Of a stretch of 64,000 bases of DNA, positions 29,312 to 40,169 are shown piece after piece. The notes beneath the pieces are model-generated. The model saw nothing but the letters and a program-made list of their open reading frames with translations. It had not been told where the DNA came from and made no database searches. Made by a program: the position numbers and the translations under genes. Position 1 is the stretch's first letter, and each line of letters opens with the position of its first letter. The DNA is from Spirochaetia bacterium (GTDB lineage Bacteria > Spirochaetota > Spirochaetia > SZUA-6 > Bin103). The stretch lies in the NCBI GenBank assembly GCA_965208575.1, contig CBDBOV010000006.1, positions 1,568,001-1,632,000 on the forward strand, written 5' to 3'.

Positions 29312-29869
29312 CTAGAGACCGATGTCGTCGGCCACTTCGCGCATCGCCAGAATGACCGTACGGATCAGGTCGTTCAGGTCCGTATCGAGCATTCCGGCGC
29401 CGCGTTCGATCACCTCGCGGTCCACGCCGGCGGCGAAGTTGGCGTTCTTCCACTTCTTCCTGACCGACTTCACCTCCAGGTCGCGCACGCTGCGCGATGG
29501 GCGCACCAGGGCGCAGGCGGTCACGAAACCGGTCAGCTCGTCGATCGCGTACAGGGTCTTTTCCAGGTCGGAGAGCGGCTCGACGTCGGTGCAGATCTGC
29601 CAGCCGTGCGAAATCACCGCGCGCACGTATTCGTCCGGCCAGCCGGCGGCGCGCAGGATCTGCTCGGTCTTGCTGCAGTGCTGCTCGGGGAACTTCTCCC
29701 AGTCGAGGTCGTGCACCAGCCCGATCACCTCCCACGGCTCGGGCTCCTCGCCGCGTTCGCGGGCCACGTAGCCCATGGTGGCGGCCACGGCGCGGCAGTG
29801 GTTGCGCAGCGCCGGGTTCTCAATGTATTGCTCCAGGAGCCGTTCGGCGTCGGTTCGGGTCGGTACCAT
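29312..29869 (-). CDS. HD-domain (HDIG-like) hydrolase
   Basis: [40 protein letters not shown]. Confidence 0.85.
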   Translation of the reverse strand: MVPTRTDAERLLEQYIENPALRNHCRAVAATMGYVARERGEEPEPWEVIGLVHDLDWEKFPEQHCSKTEQILRAAGWPDEYVRAVISHGWQICTDVEPLSDLEKTLYAIDELTGFVTACALVRPSRSVRDLEVKSVRKKWKNANFAAGVDREVIERGAGMLDTDLNDLIRTVILAMREVADDIGL

Positions 29870-30013
29870 GGCACCGATTGTACGTGCCGGGCGCGCACAA
29901 TGCACCCCGGCGGGGCCCGGCGGGCGCCCCGGAACGGCACGGCGGTGACGGCAGTCACGGCAGTGGCCGCGGATGACTTCGAGAGGGACGCGGCGGTATG
30001 TTTCGCTGACTTC

Positions 30014-31549
30014 ATGGCCAATCTCCTCAGTTCCTACCTGGCGGCGACTCCGCCCGAGCACGTGACGGCGCCGATGGCCGCCTACGTTGCCGCCCTCGAC
30101 CAGATGTACGACGGGTCCCCGGACGTCGCCGCCGCGGTGGTGCGCGAACTCGCCGACCAGCGCGCTCACCTGAAGCTGATCGCCAGCGAGAACTACGCTT
30201 CGCTCGCGGTGCAGGCCGCCATGGGCAACCTGCTCACCGACAAGTACGCCGAGGGCGTGCCCGGGCACCGCTTCTACGCCGGCTGCGCCAACGTCGACGA
30301 GGTGGAGCAGCGCGCGGCGCATCTGGCGTGCGAGCTGTTCGGCGCCGAGCACGCCTACGTGCAGCCGCACAGCGGCGCCGACGCCAACCTGGTGGCGTAC
30401 TGGGCCATTCTGGCCACGCGCGTGGAGCAGCCCCGGCTGGCCGACCTGCGGGCGAAGTCCGCGCTGGCGCTGAGCGAGACCGACTGGCAGCGGCTGCGCG
30501 CGGAGCTGGGCAATCAGCGCCTGCTGGGCATGGACCTGGGCGCCGGCGGCCACCTGACCCACGGCTACCGGCTGAACGCGTCCGGGCGCATGTTCGAGTG
30601 CCACTCGTACGGCGTGGACCCGGACAGCGGATTGCTGGACTACGACGCGCTGGAGCGCCAGGCGTGCGAGGTGCGCCCGCTGATCCTGCTGGCCGGTTAC
30701 AGCTCCTACCCGCGTGCCCTGGACTTCCGCCGCCTGCGCGCCATCGCCGACGCCGCGGAGGCGGTGCTGATGGTGGACATGGCCCACTTCGCCGGGCTGG
30801 TGGCCGGCGGCGCGCTTGCCGGTGACCATGATCCGGTGCCGTTCGCCGACGTGGTGACCTCCACCACCCACAAGACCCTGCGCGGCGCCCGCGGCGGCCT
30901 GGTGCTGTGCCGCGGCGAGTTCGCCGAGGCGGTGGACCGCGGCTGTCCGCTGGTGCTCGGCGGGCCGCTGCCGCAGATGCTGGCCGCCAAGGCGGTGGCG
31001 TTCGCCGAGGCGAACCGCCCCGAGTTCGCAAGCTACGCCCGGCAGGTGGTGGCCAACGCCAAGGCGCTGGCGGACGGGTTGCTGGCACGCGGGCTGGCGC
31101 TGGTGACCGGCGGCACCGACAACCACCTGCTGGTGCTGGACGTGGCGCAGTGCGGGGTGACCGGCAGGCAGGCGGAATCGGCGCTGCGCGACGCCGCCGT
31201 CATGGCCAACCGCAACGCCATCCCCGGCGACCGCAACGGGCCGTGGTATACCTCCGGGCTGCGCCTGGGCACCCCGGCACTGACCACGCTCGGCATGCGC
31301 GAGGAGCAGATGGAGCAGGTGGCGGCGCAGATCGCGCGCGTGCTCGATGCCGTGCAGCCGGCGCCGGTCACGCGCGGCAAGCTCGCCGGCACTCCGAGCC
31401 GCAGCCGCTACCGCCTGCCCGCCGAGGTAGCCGGCGGGGTGCGCGCCGACGTGGCCCGCCTGCTGGCCGGCTATCCCGCCTATCCGGGCCTCGACCTGGA
31501 CGTGCTGCAGACCCTGCTGGCCGACGCCGACGGCAGGTGCTCAGGTTAG
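30014..31549 (+). CDS. glyA: Serine hydroxymethyltransferase (long form)
   Basis: [36 protein letters not shown]. Confidence 0.95.
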   Translation: MANLLSSYLAATPPEHVTAPMAAYVAALDQMYDGSPDVAAAVVRELADQRAHLKLIASENYASLAVQAAMGNLLTDKYAEGVPGHRFYAGCANVDEVEQRAAHLACELFGAEHAYVQPHSGADANLVAYWAILATRVEQPRLADLRAKSALALSETDWQRLRAELGNQRLLGMDLGAGGHLTHGYRLNASGRMFECHSYGVDPDSGLLDYDALERQACEVRPLILLAGYSSYPRALDFRRLRAIADAAEAVLMVDMAHFAGLVAGGALAGDHDPVPFADVVTSTTHKTLRGARGGLVLCRGEFAEAVDRGCPLVLGGPLPQMLAAKAVAFAEANRPEFASYARQVVANAKALADGLLARGLALVTGGTDNHLLVLDVAQCGVTGRQAESALRDAAVMANRNAIPGDRNGPWYTSGLRLGTPALTTLGMREEQMEQVAAQIARVLDAVQPAPVTRGKLAGTPSRSRYRLPAEVAGGVRADVARLLAGYPAYPGLDLDVLQTLLADADGRCSG

Positions 31550-33643
31550 GGTAGCTATACTCGCCCTCAATTCGGCTAGTTCGGCAACGATATCGGGTCG
31601 TCTCCGGACCTCTCGTTCCACCTCCTGCCATTGCTCGAATTGCGTGATGAGGGTACCGAGATGGCCGGAGTTACGCTTCAGTACATCGTTCACTACGGCC
31701 GGCGTGGCACCGTTCCGGGAAGCGTTGAGGATACAGATCGCAACCATGCGGTGATCTCCTCCCAGGAAATCCAGATCCTGAGACAGGACTTGCGCGTACT
31801 CTTCAGAGCATCGTGTGGATGTTTCGGAAGCGTCTGGCGCTACGTCCAGCTCGCAATAAACCATCGGGTGCCAGCAGAACAACCGCTGGAGGTGGATCTC
31901 GATAGATTCCGACAAATGACTCAGTGTCATCGTGAGCCAACATTCTCTCGTGCAGTCGAACAATGAGCGCCACAACACCCGCGCCTCATCGGAACGAGAG
32001 TTGGGCGGTGAGAGCAACCAAGCAACTGCCGACACTCCGACCGCGAGAAGAAAGAGAGAGGGAGCAAGTGCATCGCTGTCGTTCGTCCGGGTCCAGTGCT
32101 GGACGCGTCGGCGCTGCTCAACCAGCAAATCCCATGATTGGCGCCATCGCTCGGAGGGATTCGGTTGGTTCGCCACCAAGCTACCGAGGTAGCGTGCCGG
32201 CATGCCGTCAAGGCCCTCTCCTACATTCGTTTCCAGTTCGAATCCAGCGTGGCGCGAAGCCAGCAACCGATCGAACAAGCACAAGCGTTCCCGCTCCACA
32301 TCACCGCACGAGTTGTCATTCGCAAAATCGACCAAGCGCATTGCGAGTAGCGCGCCAAGGCGATGATCGGGCGAATCGTCACGCGGTGCGGGCCGGCCCG
32401 GGGCGATCTCGCCGCCAGGGGGCAGCGTGGAGAAGTCGACCTGATCAGCGATCGTGCCGGTGGTAAGGCCAGCCTTCGCGAGGCCCACGGCCACCCATTC
32501 GATCAGATCAGCTTGCGGGATGCGCCGATCGGAGCTCTGTCGAGTGAATCCAAGGTGGGCGCGCTGTTGACGTTCATCGCCGAGCTTCGTGAACAGCCAC
32601 TGTTCAGCGAGGAACTGGCCGTCAGACCGGTCCATGATGACTCTGCCAAGCTGTTTGATCCATGGCAGGAGAGTGCGCTTCACTTTTTCAAGAACCTGCG
32701 GTCTAGTATCGTCCGGGCTATCCGCACATTCTACTCCCCATAGCGCGTCACAGTGATCACCCACGACCTGAAGTACGAGTAATGCGAACGGGTGATGGTT
32801 CCACGATCGCCCATCATCGCTGCATGGAGGCGCCTTCTCGAGCAAAGCGGCGATTTCCTCGCGGTCATGGATAACTGGTGATCGAAAGAGAATCTGCTGT
32901 ATCGGAAGCGGAAACTCCAAACGGTCCAAACAATCAACTATTTCGTCTCTGGCCTCGGCAAGGAGCCCGGGAATCATGCTCAGGAGCTCATCGTGGAAGT
33001 TTACGAACTCAAACTCCTTGAGTCTTTCAATCGACGGCTCCTTACTCCACGCGTCAGCGGCCTGCCTCAGCCCTTCCCGGTCTTGACTTAGAAACGTGCC
33101 AATACCAGGATCTTCATTGATTTCGTTGACCCGTGACTCGAGCAGGTCAATGATTATGCGGCGAACCGACTGAGATCGACGAATCAGATCTCGTAACGAA
33201 TCGACAAAGCAGGAGGCGAGGAAGAACTCATGACCGATCACATTCCATAATTTGGGAACGAGTAGTCTGATCTGCTCGCTGTCCCGCTCTAGTGCGTCCA
33301 CGAGAGCCTTCCCAAACAGCCGGCCCATGACGTCTCGTTGGGAGTGATCACGCCGTTCGATCACCGCCCTGAACCCCGCCTCTAGGGTCTGGCGTTGCCG
33401 AGGATCCGAAATGGCGTGGAATGCTTCGTCCGGATACCGGGTGGTAAGCACCGCGGTGAAAGTAGCGAGGCCGTTTCCTCGGTCTCCGGAATCGAGCACG
33501 TCGGCTGCAAACAGCACGTCGCGGCACCACTCGGCTAGACCGACGACCATCGCTTCCGCGTCGACGACGCGTGCGGCCGCTTCGGACGCATCTTGGAGCC
33601 TCTTGTCGATGCGATGTTGCTCGAGTCTCGGGTCACGCATCAT
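31541..33643 (-). CDS. Hypothetical ~700-aa protein (third gene of the PLD-like island)
   Basis: Long lower-GC ORF with a GGAG RBS. Its start overlaps the upstream gene's end. No motif recognised. Confidence 0.8.
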   Translation of the reverse strand: MMRDPRLEQHRIDKRLQDASEAAARVVDAEAMVVGLAEWCRDVLFAADVLDSGDRGNGLATFTAVLTTRYPDEAFHAISDPRQRQTLEAGFRAVIERRDHSQRDVMGRLFGKALVDALERDSEQIRLLVPKLWNVIGHEFFLASCFVDSLRDLIRRSQSVRRIIIDLLESRVNEINEDPGIGTFLSQDREGLRQAADAWSKEPSIERLKEFEFVNFHDELLSMIPGLLAEARDEIVDCLDRLEFPLPIQQILFRSPVIHDREEIAALLEKAPPCSDDGRSWNHHPFALLVLQVVGDHCDALWGVECADSPDDTRPQVLEKVKRTLLPWIKQLGRVIMDRSDGQFLAEQWLFTKLGDERQQRAHLGFTRQSSDRRIPQADLIEWVAVGLAKAGLTTGTIADQVDFSTLPPGGEIAPGRPAPRDDSPDHRLGALLAMRLVDFANDNSCGDVERERLCLFDRLLASRHAGFELETNVGEGLDGMPARYLGSLVANQPNPSERWRQSWDLLVEQRRRVQHWTRTNDSDALAPSLFLLAVGVSAVAWLLSPPNSRSDEARVLWRSLFDCTRECWLTMTLSHLSESIEIHLQRLFCWHPMVYCELDVAPDASETSTRCSEEYAQVLSQDLDFLGGDHRMVAICILNASRNGATPAVVNDVLKRNSGHLGTLITQFEQWQEVEREVRRRPDIVAELAELRASIATLT

Positions 33644-34271
33644 TTCGTCTCCAACATTCCTCGAAAAAGGGGACTGCACGTGTCGCCGTTTCCGGCCACG
33701 GCCCGCTCACTGCCGTCAATCCGGAGTGCCCACCGCCGACGGTCGCGCCGAAGTGCCAGAGGCCCCCGTCGATGATAGCAAACCGATCATGCAGGAACGG
33801 GTAACGACCTGTGTCGAGGATCGCGCGCCAGTGAACCTCCACTTGGCGGCTGTCATGCCGCTCTTGGTTGCAGCTCCATGTGAGCATGTTCGCCAGTCGT
33901 GTCCTGACGACATCTCTTAGACGTCCCCTCCCCGTAAGCAGCCGCACGTCGTGGGCTTGGCTGGAAACCAAAGCGCCACCCAGAATATCGGCGCCCTGCT
34001 TGTCGAAGTGACGATCAAGCACGAACACATGCACCTCGGCACCCACTACGGCCTCCTCGAAGGCGATCAGACTGAGTTCGTTGCCAGCTTCGATTGAATC
34101 CCTCCTGGCACGGATTGCGTCCGCATCAGGAAAATGAGGGACGTCATGACGGTCCATGCGCTCTCCATATCTGATCGAGGGCCAGAGCAACTGCGGCCCT
34201 ACCGATGGTGTCGGAAGCTGCTCAACCGCTACCCGCGGGGCGACACCGGCTTTCGGCTGCAGAGGGGTCAT
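33633..34271 (-). CDS. Single-domain PLD-superfamily-like protein (HDRF variant)
   Basis: VFVLDRHF...VRLLT...LHDRFAIIDGGLWHFGATVGG. Confidence 0.7.
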   Translation of the reverse strand: MTPLQPKAGVAPRVAVEQLPTPSVGPQLLWPSIRYGERMDRHDVPHFPDADAIRARRDSIEAGNELSLIAFEEAVVGAEVHVFVLDRHFDKQGADILGGALVSSQAHDVRLLTGRGRLRDVVRTRLANMLTWSCNQERHDSRQVEVHWRAILDTGRYPFLHDRFAIIDGGLWHFGATVGGGHSGLTAVSGPWPETATRAVPFFEECWRRNDA

Positions 34272-34307
34272 GCACTCTCGCCGGGTGCCGTCACAACGGT
34301 CGACGCA

Positions 34308-35879
34308 TCATACGGCGTGGTCCTCGTGCACTGGTAACAACTCCTGGTCGGCACGGTCGGCTAACCACTCCGAGAGAGGACGCGCCTGCAGCCAGAACGA
34401 TTCGAGCCGCTCGACGACCGGTTCGGGGTCAGGCAACTTGACGATCATACCTGCCCGCTCCCCGATGCTGTTCAGTGAATTGCCTGAGAACCAGACGCTT
34501 CCGTCTATCACCAGGAAGCGATCGTGTACGGGTGGCGAATCTCCGAGGATCCTTATTTCCGGCTTGCGGGAATAGTCGTCGAACGTAGTCGTTTTAATCT
34601 TCTGAAGGTTCGATCCCGCTTCAAGCGCAGTCTCACCTAAGTCGGAATTCTTGAGACCCCTTGTAGAACTGAGGATACGAATGTGCACTCCGCTACGACT
34701 AGTAGCGTGACCAAACGCTAGTAATTCACGTCCGGCGAAATATGGATCCACAATGAATACCGCGTCGCGTGCCGAGCCAATTCTCGCACGTACAAACTGT
34801 GTCGCCTCTTGTGGAGTTTTGTAGAACCATTCTTGATCATAACCTTTGGCTGTCTGTCGACGAGAGCGTCGCATCTCCGCCTCCACAATCCGCGATAACG
34901 GATTGCGCGCCGTTTCTCCTATGATACTCTCTACTGTATCGCCGACTTCGTCTACTTGGTACCGCTCAAGCGGCCGCCGACGCCCTCCTGCGGGTACCTC
35001 AACCGTCTTTCGTCTCCGTATCATCCCTATACTCGTGCGGATCGATCTAACGAAAGGAGACGGTTTGCTCCAATACAAGAGACCGAACACAGGGTGAGTG
35101 ATTGAGATACCTTCCTTGAAAATCCTGGTGGGAAAAGAAGTAACCTTGATCGGATCGTTGTCGAACTCGTGCACCTCAGGAGAGAGTCGACCGCGGACCC
35201 GTTCGTTCGTTATTTCCAATCGCAGCCCCTTGGGACACTGTCCTTGGCGTGTTACTACTCTGTATGCTACGGTCTCAACCGTATGCGTGTCCGTTGCGTT
35301 GCGGAGCGATCGATCGACTGACCGGAAGACAGGATTGGGTGCTGCTATACAAATGGCTCCCTGATATTCGCTATAGGTATCAATGATGTCAAAACCCAAC
35401 CAATCCTCCAACTCTCTACGATTCCTGTCGGATTTTATAACATCTCGAACTTCGGCAGGAATAGAATCTCGGGGGAACAGAGAGTGTGATCGCGCGCTAA
35501 CCATCCAGTCCGGCACAAAAGGAAGGTCGTTGGATGTGATGGTCTGTGGCCAGCACGGCTCTTGGACGAATGCGCCTGTGGACAGTGTAGCGCCGTCACC
35601 AGGTGTGGGAGTATTCGGATCGCACGGGAGAGTTATTGGGTTTCCTGCGGTTGCACTCCTATACCACTCGATCCCCTCCGTCGATTGCATTAAGAAGCGA
35701 CGATAGTAGAGGTACTTCCGTCCGCTTGACGTGGCGCGATGTGTGTATTCTGGAGACCCGACCGCGTCGGGGAACTCATTCGGCCGCAGTTCGACCAAGC
35801 CGAACAGCAGATGGCGCAGGTGATCGTCCCGGAACCAAGCAAGGTGGATGACGGCCTGACCATACCCAGTGCTCTCCAT
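34308..35879 (-). CDS. VPA1262-like protein with a C-terminal PLD-like (HDRF) domain
   Basis: VFIVDPYF...IRILSS...VHDRFLVIDGSVWFSGNSLNSIG; GGAGG RBS. The VPA1262 resemblance is from recall only. Confidence 0.72.
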   Translation of the reverse strand: MESTGYGQAVIHLAWFRDDHLRHLLFGLVELRPNEFPDAVGSPEYTHRATSSGRKYLYYRRFLMQSTEGIEWYRSATAGNPITLPCDPNTPTPGDGATLSTGAFVQEPCWPQTITSNDLPFVPDWMVSARSHSLFPRDSIPAEVRDVIKSDRNRRELEDWLGFDIIDTYSEYQGAICIAAPNPVFRSVDRSLRNATDTHTVETVAYRVVTRQGQCPKGLRLEITNERVRGRLSPEVHEFDNDPIKVTSFPTRIFKEGISITHPVFGLLYWSKPSPFVRSIRTSIGMIRRRKTVEVPAGGRRRPLERYQVDEVGDTVESIIGETARNPLSRIVEAEMRRSRRQTAKGYDQEWFYKTPQEATQFVRARIGSARDAVFIVDPYFAGRELLAFGHATSRSGVHIRILSSTRGLKNSDLGETALEAGSNLQKIKTTTFDDYSRKPEIRILGDSPPVHDRFLVIDGSVWFSGNSLNSIGERAGMIVKLPDPEPVVERLESFWLQARPLSEWLADRADQELLPVHEDHAV

Positions 35880-35962
35880 GATGTTCCTCCGTTCCGAGCA
35901 AGGGTACCGCTTGCAGCCGCCAGTGCGACCGCAACGCGCAGCGTTCCCTCCTCAAGCAAACT

Positions 35963-36036
35963 CGCGTCCAGCGCGACTCGAACGCGCGACCCGCAGCTTA
36001 GAAGGCTGCTGCTCTATCCGACTGAGCTATGGACGC
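35963..36036 (-). tRNA. tRNA-Arg(TCT)
   Basis: GCGTCCATAGCTCAGTCGGATAGAGC...CTTCTAA...GTTCGAGTC. Confidence 0.93.
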
Positions 36037-36055
36037 CTGGCGCATGTTCTGACGT

Positions 36056-36128
36056 TCGGGATGAGAGGACTCGAACCTCCGATCTCCTGCTCCCAAAGCA
36101 GGTGCCCTAGCCGCTGGGCTACATCCCG
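36056..36128 (-). tRNA. tRNA-Pro(TGG)
   Basis: CGGGATGTAGCCCAGCGGCTAGGGC...TTTGGGA...GGTTCGAGTCC. Confidence 0.93.
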
Positions 36129-36209
36129 GGTACGGCACGCCAATGCCTGACACCGGAATATAGAAGCGCAATCGCCACGAGGTCAACGGCCGCGGGCGGG
36201 CGGGGCGGG

Positions 36210-37454
36210 TCAGGCGAGCAGGCGCGGTGGCGCAACGCCGGGGTCGGCCTCGGCGCGGCCCACCAGGTGCGCGATCAGTGCCGCCGTGGTGACGTCGAGC
36301 AGTACCGCGGCGCCGGTGAGCAGCGGCAGCACGGGCTGCATGATGAGCGGGCCGTCCGCGAGTCCGTTGCCGGACAGCGACCACAGTATGGTCAGGCTGC
36401 CCAGCGCACCGATGCCGGGCACGGCGCCGGCGGCGAAGGAGAGCAGGAACGTGAACAGCGCGGCAAACAGGAGCTGCTCGACGGTGACCTCGAAGCTGGT
36501 GTAGGAGCGCAGCACCACCAGGTAGCCGATGCCGGTGACCAGCGCGGTGCCGGCGCGTCCGAACACGGTGCACAGCGGGAACACGGTGGCGCTGACCCGG
36601 CGCGGCAGCCGGAACGAGTCGCGGCCGTGCACCACCAGCGCAGCGAGGCTGACGTAGGAGTCGCCGCTGACAAGTGCGGTGAGCGCCGGTCCCAGGGCGG
36701 CGTAGATCGAGCGGTAGGGGTTGGTGCGCTCGCCGAGCAGGTAGAGCAGGGCCGGAAACACGCCCAGGTAGAGCACGCCCACGGCGACTGCCAGGACCAC
36801 GATCAACTCACGGTACAGCGCCAGGTCGGCCCCGCCGAGCTGCACCGCCGAGGCCGCCGCGATCACCACGACCGCCACCCAGAACAACTCCACCACCAGG
36901 GCGTTGATCTGATAGAAGATGCGGCACAGCGACTCGAACAGTTCCGTCACCGGGCGCCCTGCCGTGTCGTCGAAGTCGAGATGCGCCCCGAACACGAACC
37001 CGAGCGCCAGCAGCGGCAGCAGCATCGAGCCGTCGCCCACCAGCGCCTGGAACATGTTGCCGGGGAAGGTGCCGGCCACGAGGTCGATAAGCCCGGCGGG
37101 CGTGCGCGGCGCCTGCTCGACGATTACCACGATGGGAATGCGCTGCGGCGCCAGCAGCAGTACCGACGCCAGGCCCGCCACGGTGAGCAGGGCGCTGCTG
37201 CCGGCCAGGTACAGCGCCAGCCGCGCATACACGCGCAGCGCGGTGCCAGTCGAACGCAGCTCGTGGGTGCTCATGACCACGCCGAAGAAGATGACCGGGA
37301 ACACCGCGTAGCGCCCGACCTGCAGGGCGACCCGGGACAGCCGCGGGAGGAGATCGGCGACCTCGCCGCCGCCGCCGCGGCTCAGCAGGACTCCGATCAC
37401 CAACCCGGCCGCCGCCGCCAGCGCGGTCTTGAGCCACAGTTTCATCTCCGGCAA
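36210..37454 (-). CDS. Dicarboxylate/amino acid:cation symporter (DAACS) family
   Basis: Polytopic membrane protein with FPGNMFQAL, FPLCTVFGRAGTAL and AGAVPG. Confidence 0.8.
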   Translation of the reverse strand: MPEMKLWLKTALAAAAGLVIGVLLSRGGGGEVADLLPRLSRVALQVGRYAVFPVIFFGVVMSTHELRSTGTALRVYARLALYLAGSSALLTVAGLASVLLLAPQRIPIVVIVEQAPRTPAGLIDLVAGTFPGNMFQALVGDGSMLLPLLALGFVFGAHLDFDDTAGRPVTELFESLCRIFYQINALVVELFWVAVVVIAAASAVQLGGADLALYRELIVVLAVAVGVLYLGVFPALLYLLGERTNPYRSIYAALGPALTALVSGDSYVSLAALVVHGRDSFRLPRRVSATVFPLCTVFGRAGTALVTGIGYLVVLRSYTSFEVTVEQLLFAALFTFLLSFAAGAVPGIGALGSLTILWSLSGNGLADGPLIMQPVLPLLTGAAVLLDVTTAALIAHLVGRAEADPGVAPPRLLA

Positions 37455-37576
37455 GGGTGCCGCCGCCGCCGGCCGCCGTCAACGCCCGCGGGTGCCGCGG
37501 TGCGCCACGGCGGCGCCGCCGGATCGGTCCGGGCGGGTCACGAAGCTGCCCGGCTTGCGGCAGGCGCCTGCCCTGT

Positions 37577-38461
37577 TCAGCGCCGGCCGGCAGCTTCCGG
37601 AGCATGCGAGCGGTCGCCGGACGGGGCGCTGCAGCGGCGTGCCAGGGCGTCGTAGCGGGCGGCCTCGGCGGTACGACCGCGCTTGCGGCAGCCGGCGGCG
37701 TAGATGCGCGCCTTGCGCGCCAGTTCGGCCGCGGCCGCGGCCCGTTGCGAGCGAGTGAAGTACCGGCAGTCGCCCCGTTCCACAAGGTCTCGCAGCGCGC
37801 GCAGGCGGAACAGCTCGATGTGGCCGTAGCGTTCGGAGAGCTGGTCGCCGTGGCCGGCGCGCTTGATCACCGACTCGCGCTCCACGTAGCCGACCGGGTG
37901 GCGCGCGGTGAGCCGCAGCCACAGCTCGTAGTCCTCGGCGATCTCCAGGTCCTCGCGGAAGCCGCCGGCGGCCTCGAACACGTCGCGGCGCAGCAGCACG
38001 GTGGAGGGGCCGATGATGCACTTGCGCAGCGAGTCCGCGAACAGGTAGCCGCTGCGCCGGTGGCGCTGGCCGCGCTGCGATACGACCCGCCCGCCGCGCA
38101 GCCAGCGTTCACGGGTGTGGTTGATGGCGTCGCCAGCGGCGGTGGCCGCGGCCACCTGCACCGCGAGCTTGTGCGGCAGCCACAGGTCGTCGGAGTCCAG
38201 GAACGCGAGGTACTCGCCGCGCGCCACGCGGACCCCGGCGTTGCGCGCCCGGCCCGGCATGCCGGTGTGGTCCTGGCGCACCAGGCGCAGGCCGCGAAAC
38301 GACCGCAGGCGGGCGGCGGTGGCGTCGGTCGAGCCGTCGTCCACCACGATCAGTTCGCGCGCGGCGTAGTCTTGCGCCAGCACCGAGGCGATCGCCTCGC
38401 ACAGCAGGGCGGCGCGGTTGTAGGTGGGAATGACGACCGACACCAGCGGCTGCGACTGCAT
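37577..38461 (-). CDS. Glycosyltransferase family 2
   Basis: VSVVIPTYNR, VVDDGSTD, FLDSDD, EDYELWLR. Confidence 0.92.
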   Translation of the reverse strand: MQSQPLVSVVIPTYNRAALLCEAIASVLAQDYAARELIVVDDGSTDATAARLRSFRGLRLVRQDHTGMPGRARNAGVRVARGEYLAFLDSDDLWLPHKLAVQVAAATAAGDAINHTRERWLRGGRVVSQRGQRHRRSGYLFADSLRKCIIGPSTVLLRRDVFEAAGGFREDLEIAEDYELWLRLTARHPVGYVERESVIKRAGHGDQLSERYGHIELFRLRALRDLVERGDCRYFTRSQRAAAAAELARKARIYAAGCRKRGRTAEAARYDALARRCSAPSGDRSHAPEAAGRR

Positions 38462-38547
38462 CACGCACAGGATGCTACCGACGCCGGGCCATGCGCACCA
38501 GCGGCGGGTTGCGGAAATGACCTGCGACCGGCAGGCTCCGGGACGGT

Positions 38548-39048
38548 ATGGCATTGCCGGATCGAATCGCCCTGGTGGGATTCATGGGCTCGGGCAAGAG
38601 CACCGTGGGGCGGCTGCTCGCGACCGCGGTCGGCTACCAGTTCGTCGACGTGGACACGCTGATCGAGCGGGCCGCGGGGATGTCGATTCCCGAGCTGTTC
38701 CGGCGCGACGGCGAGGAGGCGTTCCGGGCCCTCGAGACGCGCATGCTGCTCGAGCTCGGCGCACGTCGCAGCGTGGTGATCGCGACCGGCGGCGGCGCTC
38801 CGATGCGCACCGTCAACCACGAGTTCCTGCGCACCAGGTGCCGCGCCTTCTACCTGCAGATCAGCGCCGCCGAAGCGCAGCGCCGAGTGGGCGGCTCAGG
38901 AGGCCGGCCGCTGCTGGCGGCCACGCCGGAAGGCATAGCGGGTCTGCTCGCGTCGCGCCACGACACCTACGCCGTCACCGGCGAAACCATCCCGGCCGAG
39001 GGACGCTCGCCACTGCAGGTGGTTGCGGCCATCCGTGCGCTGTTGTAA
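38548..39048 (+). CDS. aroK: Shikimate kinase
   Basis: GFMGSGKSTVG, GEEAFRALE, ATGGG, RPLL. Confidence 0.93.
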   Translation: MALPDRIALVGFMGSGKSTVGRLLATAVGYQFVDVDTLIERAAGMSIPELFRRDGEEAFRALETRMLLELGARRSVVIATGGGAPMRTVNHEFLRTRCRAFYLQISAAEAQRRVGGSGGRPLLAATPEGIAGLLASRHDTYAVTGETIPAEGRSPLQVVAAIRALL

Positions 39049-39069
39049 CCGGGGTAGACCGGCCCTCGG

Positions 39070-39378
39070 TCACCGCTTGCCGGCGGCGGCACGCGCGGCG
39101 AGAATGTGCAGCACCTCGTCGAGCGGTACCTCCGCGGCTGCCAGCAGCACCAGCAGGTGATAGATCAGGTCCGCGCTTTCGGCTGCCAGTTCGGCGCCGG
39201 TGGCGGCGGTGATCACTTCAATCGCTTCCTCGCCCACCTTCCTGCGGATGGCGGCGTCGCCGGTGCGAAACAGGGCGGCGGTGTACGAGCCCTCCGGCAG
39301 CGTGCGGCGCCGGTCGCGGATTACTTGTTCCAGCCGTTCCAGGACAACGGCGGCCGATTCGGGCGTCGGGCGGCTCAT
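39070..39378 (-). CDS. hisE: Phosphoribosyl-ATP pyrophosphatase
   Basis: GSYT, KVGEEAIE, ESADLIYHLLV. Confidence 0.93.
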   Translation of the reverse strand: MSRPTPESAAVVLERLEQVIRDRRRTLPEGSYTAALFRTGDAAIRRKVGEEAIEVITAATGAELAAESADLIYHLLVLLAAAEVPLDEVLHILAARAAAGKR

Positions 39379-40163
39379 TGCGCCGGGTGGCGTTCGCGGG
39401 CGGCGGTCTCAATGTGCCCGCCGGCGCCGGCGCCGGCGTCGTCCTGCGGATAGCGGCGCAGCAAGTCGTCCAGGTCGACGCGGCCCTCAATCCACGCCTT
39501 GCCGATGATCACGCCCACCACCCCCTCGGCGCGCAGGCCGGCCGCCGCGTCCACGTCGTGCGCCGCGCCGATCCCGCCCGACAGGATGACCGGCTTCCGT
39601 GCGCTGCGCGCCACCGCCACGGTGCGTTCGATGTCGGGACCGGCGAAGGTGCCGTCGCGGGCGATGTTGGTGTACACGATGGCGCACACCGGCTGTTCCT
39701 TCATGCGCGCGGCCAGGTCGGTGTCCGCCACGCCGCCGCCGGTGAGCCAGCCGTGGGTCTTCACCACGCCGTCGTCGGCGTCGATGCCGGCCACCAGCCG
39801 GTCGCCCACCTGCGCCGCCCAGCGTTCCGGCAGCTCCGGATCCTGCGCCAGCGCCGAGCCGACCACGACGCGGTCCACGCCCATGTCCAGCAGCCGGCGC
39901 GCATCGTCCAGCGTGCGCACGCCGCCGCCGACCTGCAGCCGCACCCCCACCGCGGCACGGATTGCGGCGATCAGCGTGCGGTTGTCGCCGCTGCCGCGGG
40001 CGGCGTCGAGGTCCACGAGGTGCAGCCAGCGCGCACCCTTCCGCTCCAGTTCGACGGCGCTGCCCGCGGCATCGCGCGCGTAGTCGGTAACGGCATCGAA
40101 GCTGCCCCTGGTGAGGCGCACCGGCCGCCCGTCGAGCAGGTCGATGGCGGGCAGAATGAGCAT
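39375..40163 (-). CDS. hisA: ProFAR isomerase
   Basis: LPAIDL, HLVDLD, QVGGGVR, YTNIARDG, SGGI. Confidence 0.92.
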   Translation of the reverse strand: MLILPAIDLLDGRPVRLTRGSFDAVTDYARDAAGSAVELERKGARWLHLVDLDAARGSGDNRTLIAAIRAAVGVRLQVGGGVRTLDDARRLLDMGVDRVVVGSALAQDPELPERWAAQVGDRLVAGIDADDGVVKTHGWLTGGGVADTDLAARMKEQPVCAIVYTNIARDGTFAGPDIERTVAVARSARKPVILSGGIGAAHDVDAAAGLRAEGVVGVIIGKAWIEGRVDLDDLLRRYPQDDAGAGAGGHIETAARERHPAQ

Positions 40164-40169
40164 GGGAAG

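Noticed and set aside
31541-36036. Prophage or integrative element with att sites at tRNA-Arg
   Set aside because: There is no integrase or phage gene, and I found no repeat of the tRNA 3' end at the glyA side. It is called only an island.
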